Positions 23,147 through 34,505 of a stretch of 64,000 nt of DNA are shown here, piece after piece. The notes under the pieces are model-generated. The model was not told the DNA's origin, did not search any database, and saw only the letters and a list, made by a program, of their open reading frames with translations. Position numbers and translations under genes: made by a program. The number at the start of each line of letters is the position of its first letter. The stretch's first letter is position 1. The stretch covers positions 156,776,593 through 156,840,592 of the forward strand of contig NC_068981.1 in NCBI RefSeq assembly GCF_001194135.2, in the 5' to 3' direction. The DNA comes from Octopus bimaculoides (taxonomy: Eukaryota).

Positions 23147-24529
23147 GGGGTCGATTTGTTCGACTGAAATCTTCCGAGGCGGTACCCCAGTATGGCCGCG
23201 ATCCAATGACTGGATCAAGCAAAAGATAACAGAAGATGCTTGATAGAATTAGATCTGAGGGTCGTAGTTTGCTTATTCCGCAATTTGAAATAAGGATCGA
23301 GTTGGCTAATGGATTAGTGTCCATTTTCGTTAAAGCTTGCTTTGCTATGTGAGGGTAATAAAGTCGACACACACACACACACACACACACACATGTTGGT
23401 ATGTTTGCATGTGAGTGTATACACACACACATATATATGTATTCATACACACATACAAACACACACGCGCATACACACATACTTTGTGTGTGTGTGTGTG
23501 TGCGCGTGTGTGTGGTGTATGTATATATGTGTATGTATGTATGTATGTATGTATATATATTTTTTTTTGATTAATAAAAACAAGCTTAAGTTTTGGGCTA
23601 CTATAAGTTTCATGCTCGGATAATACCGTAATCGGACGCGCTTCTACAGGTATCGTGTACTATCCTGCATTTTGGAACGTGATGCAAAAGATAGGTAGGT
23701 GCGCACAAGTGAATAAATATTTATGTATACATATATACAGCTAATTAGATATGTATATGTATCTGTAGATCTACCTATGATTAATAAGATATTACTTTCG
23801 ATTTTGTATAAGTATTTTCTAGGAAGATTACAGTTCCCTTTTTCAAGTCCCTCCAGAGTGTAGGTTAGAGATAACTGAATGAATTTACGCTACAGATATG
23901 AGCTTGAAATGCATGCAGATTATTATTTCAAGTGAATATCTGGAAATATATATATTTTCTCGAGAAAAGCATTTTAGGAATTTAGAAAAAGAATTGAATA
24001 AAGTGTCTGAGCGGCCGGTAGAAACCATTGTGAATCGGTAAAATCGATGAGAGAAGATAAGTGGATGCACCAAAAGCATAATGGGAAATTCTACTGCAGT
24101 TATCGAAGCAGCTGCATCAGTAAACCTTCAGTTACAGAATATTAATGGGTGATGTTTAACATAACAGTCAAATTATTTTTATTTTGCTACACTTCAAGAA
24201 GTATATATGGGCTTGTCTTCTCTCACAGTCGGTAATTTTGAGAAAAAAGTAGAAAATAACAGATTTGATCTAAAATTTTGTTGATCGATTGAAAAATACA
24301 AAGAGTCCGGTAGACACATCCTGTCTACCGGACTCTTACCGAAGATTCCGTGGTCTGATCGGATCGAGGATTTATCCCATGCTATTGAGTGCACTGAGAT
24401 TTTTGATAACCAGTTATCGCTAGTATTGAATGGTATAAGCGGAAGGGTATCCAGTGTATCTGACAGTGGAATCTGTAACAATGATAACTGAAAAGTGAAA
24501 AGGAACCAGTAAATGAAGAACAGACTCCC

Positions 24530-27019
24530 GTATAGAAGAACAGACGCCACTGTTGCCAGAAACAACCTCACTTTCAATTTCCTGCTAACTTTCAACTCCA
24601 TACCTTTCTCAATTTATGGCGTGCACTCCAGGCAAGAGCTTTCTTTGCTACGATGTCTTTTTCAGTACTTTGTGTCCACGCACCAAAGTTATTGAAATTT
24701 TCAACTATCTGAGCAACTTACCGTTTCTCACTTTCGCTGACACAGGCATTTCGTGGTAGAATACTTGCAGCTCTGTTTTGTTTGCATTACAGTACAATCC
24801 TGCTTTCCCTGATTCCTGCTCTAATCTGGTCAGCACCTCCTCTGCCTGATTTGTCCTCTCTGTTAGTAATGCCAGGTCATCGGCATAGTTTAGGTCAGTT
24901 ACTGTTACTGCTTGATGCAGTCTACTTCTTTGCCAATGCAGTTTGAATCCCAGTTCTTCTTCCTTGCCCTCGTACGTTCTACACATTACATAGTCCAGAA
25001 TGATGGCGAAGAGATAAGGTGCTAGCATGTCGCCTTGTAATACACCGGCTTTGACTTCAAAGTATTCCGTCTCTCCATCAGGAGTGATCACTTTCGCTCT
25101 GGTGTTCTCATATAGCTTACTTATTGCTTTCAGAATTCTTGGTGGGATATCATATGCTTTAAGTCTCTTCATCATCATTCCTCCATGTACTGAATCAAAA
25201 GCTTTTTTGAAGTCTACATAGATAATGATAGCCTTCCTGCCATGGCCCTTAACTCCCTCTATCAGTCTTCTAAGTGCAACAATGTGAGATGTTGACTGTC
25301 CTGATCTGAATTCATTTTGATTTGGTCGCAACTGTTTGTCTATCTTAGGTTGTATTTGGTTAAGTATCATCTTGTTGACCATTTTTGCAACAATGGAAGA
25401 CAGAATGATCCTTCTGTAGTTCCCAGTATCACTTAGGTCTCCAGTTTTGGGCAGTGGTAGCAAGTCTATCTCAGACCATTGTTCTGGCTTCACATTGTCA
25501 TTTAGTACTTTGTTCGCATATTCAAGGATAATGTCTAAATCACATCTTTTTAGTACTTCTGGTGGGATGTTGTCAGGACAAGTTTGTTTCCCTTTTATGT
25601 TACTTGTAGTCTTTCTATTTCTTATTTTGTGAAGTCTCCATCCTCGATTTGCGAACCGTCAAGTATCTTTGCTAATTCTTCATTTTCTGTTTCACTGTCA
25701 ACTTCTGGATCTTTCCCAAGTAAGTTGTAGAAATGAGTGTACCACTTCTTGATTCTCTCGTCCTTTGATTTCCCTTTTGATGATTCCCTGCTTTGCAGCT
25801 TTGCGACCAGTGATGGAGTTAATCATCCTCCAGCTTTCTCTGTGCTTACTCTTTGTGTCGGCATTTTCGACCTGGGAGATCCAGTTCTTCTTCTTGAAGC
25901 CTTTAGTACACCTGTTTTAGACCATCTTTCTTTCTTTGTAAAGTTTGTTTAGTATCGTTCTTGGCAGCTTTTGGATAGTTTCTGAATGACTCTTGTACTT
26001 CACTGCTTGCTTTTTCTACCCTAGGATCATCAGCTAACTTTCTCCGTTTCATCCCCTTCTTTATCGGTATCAATTTTGCTGCCGCTTCTTCATTTGATTG
26101 CACAGACTTGCCATATTGCTCTGTAACAGTATCCCTGTTGCTAGATAGTTGAGCAAATCTGTTACGCACTGTAACCGTATAAAGCTGTTGAAGTTCTGTA
26201 TTTCGCAATGTAGACCAATCGTAGCATTTTTTTCCTTGCAGGAGTTTTGCTTGTACGTAGACTAAGACGTAGCCTAGCTGTCACTAAGTGATGGTCATCC
26301 GCTAAGCTGCTAAAGATGTTATATGCTTCTACATTGTGTACAGAATTCTTCCATTTCTTATTAATTAGTATGTAATCAATTTAGGATTTGCTACCATTCA
26401 TGTCGGAGATAAATGTCCATTGTTTTCTTTTCTTTTTCTTGAATAGAGTGTTAGTGATACGAAGATTACATTCCGCCGCATGATTCAGGAGAATCTGGCC
26501 ATTCTTGTTGGTCTCCTTATGGAATGTTTAGCGGACTGCATCCTCACCCAAATGAGCATTAAAATCACTGCATTCTATGGTAGCATGGTGTTTTGGTACT
26601 TCATTGATGACATTTGTCAGCGTTTCGTAGTGCTCCTCTGCATCCTTGCTTCCCTCTGTGGGTGCATAGTTAATAACTACTGTGGTGGATGGGTCTCCGT
26701 TGAACGTAACTGCGACTATTCTGTCATTTACTGGTATTACTTCAGCCAATGCTTTCTCAGCCAAACCGTTAATTACTAATCCTATCCTTCCTGTTGCAGC
26801 ACCATTAATACTTATCCGTGCACTTGCTGTTATTAGTGTGCAGCCTTCAAGTCGTTCAATGAAAGTAGGGTCTTCTTCATGCACTATCTTGTGTTCAACT
26901 ACTCCAAGGATGTTTAGTTTGCATTTGTTAAAGTTGTTAGCCATCTCCAGACGTTTCTCTTTTTCCCTAAGTGTTCTTACATTGAGTATTCCAATTTTCA
27001 GGTACTTTTTACTGTTCAT
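24530..27019 (-). mobile_element. RTE-clade LINE (APE endonuclease + reverse transcriptase), decayed, lacking its 3' end
   Basis: ATG at 27019: MNSKKYLKIGILNVRTL...VINYAPT...SDFNAHLG (APE). RT motifs: LPLPKTGDLSDTGNYR, DFKKAFDSVH, GVLQGDMLAPYLF, YADD, KVRLFLATVASVLLYGS. Stops and frameshifts throughout. Confidence 0.92.
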
Positions 27020-27159
27020 AAGTTTGATTCCTCTGTTCTCTCCATCAGCTACTTCTCTACCAGTTATATTTAAAGAAGTACCTTCATCAGTCTTTATATA
27101 TAATTTAAACGCAAATTAGATACAATACTTGAGGGAAGGTTTAAGTCGAGATATCATTG

Positions 27160-27295
27160 ACGCCAGTACTTTGTTTTACCCTAATGGGAAGAAAGACAAA
27201 GTTGACCTTGGCAGAATTTGAACTCAGAAAGTAGAACCGGAACAAATATCACAAAGTATTTTATTCGACACTGACGATTCTGCCTACTCGCCACT
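27160..27295 (-). mobile_element. SINE family B (partial)
   Basis: AAAGTTGACCTTGGCAGAATTTGAACTCAGAA motif. Confidence 0.6.
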
Positions 27296-28409
27296 TTTAT
27301 AATGATCGAAATGATGTTTCATCAAGTAGACCGATTCCTAATTAATTGTATATAACAGGATAACTCAGCTGTATTTCTGCATGATAAGCGAAGTTGTGTG
27401 ACTAAAAGCTATATAAACCTAGTGAGTCTCGCCGGTCAAAAACGTTTTTGTAACCAACCATTTATACATTAACTTTAACAGCAGTAATGTGATACAGAAG
27501 CAAATGTCAAGATATTACGCTGAGTCAGGTGTCCTGTTGATGGAATATTGCATTTGTAACTGCTGATGCTGACACACACATTGCAAAAGACAGCGATACG
27601 AACGAAAGTGAATAAAATATAAGAAAGAAAGAAATGTTTTAAATATATTCTAGTCATTTGCTGATGTAGCTTTGAATATGATTGAATTAATTGCTTTTGC
27701 TACAGGGAATAGTAAATTATAAATAGGAAAAATACTACATAATAAACAATCCAATACAAATTTTTTTTAAAAAACTTCTGTCTAGATAAAAGAGAATTCC
27801 CAAACGTTATGAAGAATGTCTATGTATATATTTCTCATAGCAAGAATGTCTATGTATATATTTCTCGACGACAAACCTCCCGGTAGGTTTGTCGTTGACG
27901 TGATTTGAAAATTAGGAGTAAGAGCCTGCGAGAACTGCAAAGAAAATATGTTGAATATCTAAATGTATCTGAGAGCGATTATATGTCTATATGTATTTAA
28001 CTCTTCATCTATGTTTGCATATATTTGTATATGTTTGTTTATGAATGCAAAAAAATGAATGTGAGGTTAAATAATGTTATTAGAGTCGTGCTGAAAGACC
28101 TTTTGTAGAAACTATATTTTCTGCAGAATATTAACTATATAATATAAACATATCTTTATGCTTGTTTCCCTTTGTACTTATATATAGCTATATATAACTT
28201 GTACAATAAACTGCAGCTCTCTGGATCGTTGGGACAAGAAATGAGACTTCACCTTCAAGGACAAGTCAGCTAAACAAAGCTCATTCCTCGGAAGGCAGTT
28301 GCCAAATTGGCTCACAGCTAGTATATATATATATAACCAGCCCGCATTTGAAATACAACGTGCACAATGAAGATACAAATCTTGCATATGTGTCCAATAA
28401 AGAAACAGT

Positions 28410-28492
28410 TGTTTTTGTTGTTGGTGGTGGTGGTAGTGGTGTTGGTGTTGGTGGTGGTGGTGTTGGTGTTGGCGGTGGTGGTGGTGGTGTTG
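28410..28492. repeat. (GTT)/(GGT) trinucleotide microsatellite
   Basis: Directly visible. Confidence 0.9.
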
Positions 28493-28954
28493 CCTCCACT
28501 GCTTGTGGAGTACAAATATCAAACTTCAATCGAATCATATTTTGAACGTTAGACCACAATGTCAAATTTATAGTACATTAGAAATGTTATCAGAAGATAA
28601 TATTTATCATGTACATGTTGACATTAATTTACATGAATGTTGATTAATTAACAATATCAAAAATATTAGTGAATTAATGTAATATTGTAGCATTTAAAAC
28701 TTTGTTTTTACGTTCAGTTTAAAACAAAATTAGGATCTATTGAAGGAGAGTCCACCAATTTTAATTCTCCTTGAATTTAAATGGGTGCACCTTTCTTTTA
28801 CAGATCCTGATGTCTATAATACTTAAGAACTTATGGCATTTTTCAGTTGGAAAGGTTCCACAGATAAAAGATAGTTAGCTTCAGCATTCATAAGAATGAT
28901 GTCAACAGATTGTATGTCTCTAGCATATCGATAATGTTAGTGATGACTTTCATT

Positions 28955-29400
28955 CCTTCATCCATCCATTCATCTTCACCACCCATTATTCCTGGGAGAG
29001 TCGTGGTGGTAGAGTCCTCAGGAACTTCCTCCAAAAGGGTTTTATCAAAAGTAACCGTCAGTACACTTTCCGATTGAATGCCCAACTGAGGTTTTGGATA
29101 TTATCCAACCATCTCGTTCTTGATCTACCCATAGGTTTCCTGCTTGTTGACTCGGCTTGAAGACTCTATTTTGCGATTATTTCCCGCGACATTCTGTTGT
29201 ACCGAAGATGTGATCTCTCAATACGAAGAAGTAGCTGCTCGTCATGAAGAGACTCCTTGATCTCCAAGTCACTTACTTTGTCAAGTAATATTATTCCAGA
29301 GATCCTTTAGAAGAACCCCATCTCACCCCCTTGTATTCGTAATCGTACTCTTTTGTTGGTTACTTGACCTCCGTAAATAAAGAGCATTCTACTTAGGATT
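28955..29400 (-). mobile_element. 3' fragment of a second RTE-type LINE (Expander-like C-terminus)
   Basis: LDKVSDLEIKESLHDEQLLLRIERSHLRY and RKPMGRSRTRWLDNIQNLSW, followed by a GATGAATGGATGGATG-type tail. Confidence 0.6.
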
Positions 29401-29604
29401 TCCTATTGAAATTTGTCTTACATTTCCAAGTCAATAAACCATAGGAGATTTATTTAGAATTTCATAACGGGAAGAATCCATAGAAGAAATATGAATATAA
29501 TCTATCGTGTCTAAGCCGTAGTTTTCCAGAGTTAGTCGTGTAAATTTCTTAAAGTTGTCAGTTGGCTGGTGAATTGTCAAGCTTTATGTAAAATAATAAA
29601 TATT

Positions 29605-29818
29605 CTTTTCTACTCTAGGCACAAGGACCGAAATATTTGGGGAGTGGGCCAGTCGATTAGATCGTCCCCAGTACGCAACTGGTACTTAATTTATCAACCC
29701 CCGAAAGGATAAAAGGCAAAGTCGACCTCGGCGGAATTTGAACTCGAAACGTAAAGACAGACGAAATACCGCTAAACATTTCTCCCGGAATGCTAACGTT
29801 TCTGCCAGCTCGCGCCTT
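29605..29818 (-). mobile_element. SINE family B, full length
   Basis: Well-preserved reverse complement of the 59596-59807 copy. Confidence 0.88.
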
Positions 29819-30306
29819 AGTAAAAATAATAAATATTGAAAACATTGTACTCATTACGATTACCCTCACCCACGTGTTAGCTGGTTTATATACAATGGCC
29901 TTCCAAATATGCAGCCGAACATATAAAAATTATTATGGTTCAAGTCAAGTTGAAGTGTCTGAACTGTTCATAACACCCACGAAACAATGTAATAAGTTCA
30001 TAGTTATATGCCAGAATTAATTACTCGGATTTAATCTGCTGATAAAACTAGCTTCTTTATTTTAAAGTCTTTTAAAGTTCTGCTCGTGAGCTAATATAAT
30101 TTGCAAGTATAGTGATTGTAAACCTCTCTTTGCCTACTGTGGAATAGATTAGATGTTTTCACACGGTCTCTTGTTCCTATACCTAAAAAATTCTCTTGAT
30201 ACGATAAATGTAAAATTTATTGTGTTTGTAACTTAGACAGGCTAGGAGGCCATCTGGCCATCTGAGCAAGTAATTAAGTTGCATTTTCTAAAAGTGCACC
30301 GAATAT

Positions 30307-30350
30307 TCTTCTTCTTCTTCTTCTTCTTCTTCTTCTTCTTCTTCTTCTTT
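30307..30350. repeat. (TTC)n microsatellite
   Basis: Directly visible. Confidence 0.95.
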
Positions 30351-30694
30351 CACTTTCACTTTTCAGATTTTTGATCCCAAAAACAGACTTTATTTTCTGC
30401 AATTCTTATGGGACACTACATTCTGAGATTGTACTTCATGACACGCTAAATCTTGCAACAGCTACCTTATAGCACAGCCTTGGCCTGTTACTGTACGTTA
30501 CATATTTATTTACATATAGATATATATTTTTAAACGCACATTTCATTGAAACATTTTTCCATTGCAGATACCATCAAGGGATCTATTTTTTTCATTTGCA
30601 AAGTATTCATTTTTTAAACGACAGTAAAAAAAATCTGAAAATCGGCCATAATAATGTAGCCTTCCAGTCTCATTGCTTTGAAGGGATGACGTTG

Positions 30695-30858
30695 TGGAGA
30701 AACAAAATGGAGAAACAAAATGGAGAAACAAAATGGAGAAACAAAATGGAGAAACAAAATGGAGAAACAAAATGGAGAAACAAAATGGAGAAACAAAATG
30801 GAGAAACAAAATGGAGAAACAAAATGGAGAAACAAAATGGAGAAACAAAATGGAGAAA
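30695..30858. repeat. Perfect 13-bp minisatellite (TGGAGAAACAAAA) x12 plus a partial unit
   Basis: Directly visible; no spacers. Confidence 0.97.
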
Positions 30859-31260
30859 AAAGTTACAGAGGTTTAAAAATCGAAAAAACTGTATATTTTT
30901 AGTCAATAACGAAACAGAAATTTTCTGCGTTTAGCGGAGCGGTGTCAACTTTAAGATTGTACCCTGTGGAATTTAGAGTTTAGAGTCTGACCTGTTCATT
31001 GTAGGTTTCTAAATAAACAGAAATACCTAATAAAATCAACATGTGTCATCATACTGTTTCTTTTATCTCTTCATTGATTGTATGTTTTTATTATTTCTTA
31101 AATTTGTTATATTAATATATTTGTATGTGTTTACTTTATGCGTATTTCAGTATTATGTATACCTGTCATGTATTTCTGTACATCATTAATATATTATAGG
31201 TGCATGTGGATGTATGTATTCATATATAAGTTTATATGCACATTTATGCATTCGTGTGTG

Positions 31261-31294
<34 letters not shown>

Positions 31295-32339
31295 GGGGAT
31301 GTCTGTCTCCAAAACTACAAAGTTGAGTAACGTATTCAAGCTTGGATTTGTAAACTACTATAAGAATAACTCTTGTTCAAAGAAGAATTTGTCCCAAGGA
31401 AAATAATACCTGTATCTCATATGTTTTTGCATGCAGAATTCAAAAATAATGTCAAATTATCTGTATCACCCTCAATTTCTCTCTTCCACGATATCCCTCT
31501 CAGTTCCTGTTACGTGGGCTAAATTTCAGTTAAGCTGTTGAAATGTGAAGCTAACAGTTTAAGAAATACTCCTAATTTAAATTTTTATGAATAGAATTAA
31601 CCTAGTGAAATCATAAATCCAGCTAATTAGTCCTAAAATATATATGAAATAAAAAATATGTAAACACAGAAAAAAACACAGAAAAATACTAACACTGAAG
31701 CACAGAAAAATATGTAATATACTAACACACAGAAAAATTAAAACAAAACACGCGGGGGGAAAGAATCTTGTGGCGTGAAGAATTAAATGTGAAAAATCAA
31801 CATAGACAACAGCGGCACAGACAACATTGAACCACAACACAGCGTGTGCTTGTCAATGAGGTAACAAGCTGTTAATACCACGCTGTCTGTTGATTGGCTA
31901 AAATTACCCAAATTTCCTAAAATTTAATGCCAAATAACATCAGATTCTTTAATTTACGAAATAAAGTAATTAGTTGATCGTAATCAAAATTCAGAGTCGC
32001 ATCGATACACCAAAATTGAAAGCAATCTGAGCAAAATTAAGTAGGGGGTGCATTTTGCGAATGAGAAAGACTAGATCCCCACCAAGCCGCACATTGAAAA
32101 ATAATGGACATCAGTATGCTATAGGAAGCAGCAATATCTCTGGTTGTGTGGTAAAATATTAAGTGAAAATAGTAAAGAACAACCCAGTCTGTGACATAAA
32201 AATATGGTAACAATATGTTGACGGTCATGGAAATGACGATGATACTACAAGAGTTGAAGCTGGGAACATATGAACAACTAGAACTAGGTGTGGTAGAAGT
32301 CATGCAGCATTCATTCAATGCGAAAGAAGCTAAAACAAC

Positions 32340-33400
32340 AAGTACTCTGATGATGCTGGTGAATGGCCAAATAACTTATTTGATTGCGATCGTCATTATT
32401 GGCGAGTCAAGGGAAATGTTGAATGCCAACATACTAATAGTGACTTTTCTTCACTCATACTATTTGTATTAGAATGAAAAGACACGCGGATGCAGTTAGA
32501 AATTGTATTTCATATATGCATACGTGGGTGTGTGCGGTGCAAACGATGACTCGTATGTGTGTATTACATAAGCAAGGCTACATACAAAAGCACATGTACA
32601 TGCATGCTCACATGTATACATACATCATATGTGTGTGGTGGAGTGTGTGTGTGTATGTGTGAGTGAGTGAGCGTGTGTGTGTGTGTGTGTTATAAATACC
32701 TCTTTCTTAGCCCTAAAACAAGCAACATACAGAAAAAAATTGATTATGCCTTTCAGAAAGCAGAGGAAGCCGCTTCTGTTTCCTATACGATATTATGATC
32801 TCAGGATGTTCATCAAAGTTTAGGGAAGAGGCTTTTATGACTAAAAAAAGCAAGCTGTTGTTAAGTCAATATGAACGGTGTCATACATAAACAAGCATGA
32901 GTTTCACTGTTAATGCACAAAAACAAGTGAACGTGTTGATTCCCAACTTGTGAAATAAATGGAAATTCAACAAAATTATTGGTGCACTCTGCTTGAGAGA
33001 ATAATTGAAGCTATCAGATTTTTAACAGACTGGAACTTTTCTTTGTGGTGATGAAACTGTTATTTCTCCTCAAATTGGAAATTACTTGGGCTTGTTAAAA
33101 TTATTGATCCACTTCTGAACGAGCATATAAATATCCTTACAAACAAATTTATGAAGCACATGTCATAATTATCTAACACAAAATGTGCGGGATTCATCAA
33201 TTTGTTTGAATTCAACATACTGTATCATAATATCTGCGAAGTAAAGAAATATAAGAATTATTTGATTCCATTGGATTCTACTCCTGATATATCTAATACG
33301 GACTAGGTGACTTCGACTGTGTAGTCAGAACTAGCTGAAAGATGATTTTTTATGTGGAAGTTCATAGTGCCAAATTTTACTTGCTTTATTAATGCGTAAT
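32340..33400 (+). mobile_element. Decayed hAT transposase (ZMYM1-like type), interrupted at about 32512-32704
   Basis: SDDAGEWPNNLFDCDRHYWRVKGNVECQHTNSDFS (32346 onward), W..LLERIIEAIRFL, and EVKKYKNYLIPLDSTPDISNTD (DSTPD first catalytic Asp motif at 33274-33288). Confidence 0.6.
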
Positions 33401-34248
33401 TAAAGTAAAATTATTATAACTCATAATCATATGCCTGCTGAACAGCGAGATTGAAAACGAAGATTTTCATATTTACTCTTAATACGTTCCAGCAGATTCG
33501 AATGCAAGTATTGCTAATCGCCGTTCTCTTTGTCACAGGAAATAGCTTCCCCTTTATTTTTCGAATCTCACTGTTGATCGTGTATATGATGAGCAATTAT
33601 CGGTTGGCAGATATCAGCACAGAACAAGCAAAGACTTTGTTCACTGAAATCACAAACATGGCCTTCAGCCCTTGCTATATTCATTGACCAGGATACTTCA
33701 GGCTGATGAGATACAACAAGACGAAAAAACGGCATCCCAGAATCCCTTGTACTAAAATTTATTGAGTGTGGTATGAACACATAGTCGTCATAAAGGAGGA
33801 GCTTTTCTTCTATAATAAACAGAACAATCTGTCGGAACGTATTAAGAATAGATATGCAAGTCATCATAAAATAAAACTTGTGCTTTAATACATATGTATA
33901 TATTTTTTTAAACTTAAGACTCCTTTGCAACATGTGCTGCCGGCCCACACAAAATCGATTGGGACCTGTTTTTGCACATTGTTTTCTGTCAGTCAATTAA
34001 CTGAAAAATGTTACCTTTGAACCTGCATTCTTGAATGCAACTATCAACTTCTTTTTTGATCATTTTAATACATTTGTACAAGGTTAAGTTCCGAACATAG
34101 ATTAAATAAGCAGCAACAAAAATTATGTAGGTCAACATATGGCCAGTGTGTTTGCATATTATATGTACAAAAATATGAGCATGTATCATGTTATATATAT
34201 ATATATATGTATGTATGTATGTATGTATAAATACACACACACACACAT

Positions 34249-34410
34249 ATATATGTATACGTGGGTGTGTGCGGTGCAAACGATGACTCGTATGTGCGTA
34301 TTACATAAGCAAGGCTACATAGAAAAGCATATGCACATGCATACTCACATGTATACATACATCATATGTGTGTGGTGGAGTGTATTTGTCAGTGTGTGTG
34401 TGTGTGTGTG

Positions 34411-34494
<84 letters not shown>

Positions 34495-34505
34495 AAATAC
34501 CTCTT
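34249..34505 (+). repeat. Dispersed direct repeat, second copy of 32512-32704, with a longer (GT)n
   Basis: ACGTGGGTGTGTGCGGTGCAAACGATGACTCGTATG...(GT)n TTATAAATACCTCTT is shared by both copies. Confidence 0.9.

Larger units (their letters stand above)
22434..23228 (+). mobile_element. Composite SINE family A interrupted by the insertion at 22776-23146
   Basis: Head at 22434. The 3' module breaks at GGGGTCGATTT (22765-22775) and resumes with GGGGTCGATTTGTTCGACT (23147 onward). Confidence 0.8.

Noticed and set aside
30695-30858. CRISPR-like regular repeat and the MEKQNGETKWRNK ORFs
   Set aside because: Units are contiguous with no spacers, the context is eukaryotic and there are no cas genes; the ORFs are just translations of the minisatellite.
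30270-30955. Kolobok- or piggyBac-like TTAA-bounded element around the minisatellite
   Set aside because: A right end (...CAACTTTAA) is plausible, but no convincing matching left terminus was found.
33700-33740. CTGATGAGAT...GACGAAA hammerhead-like spacing
   Set aside because: Only one base pair in the would-be stem II and no stem I; a chance match.
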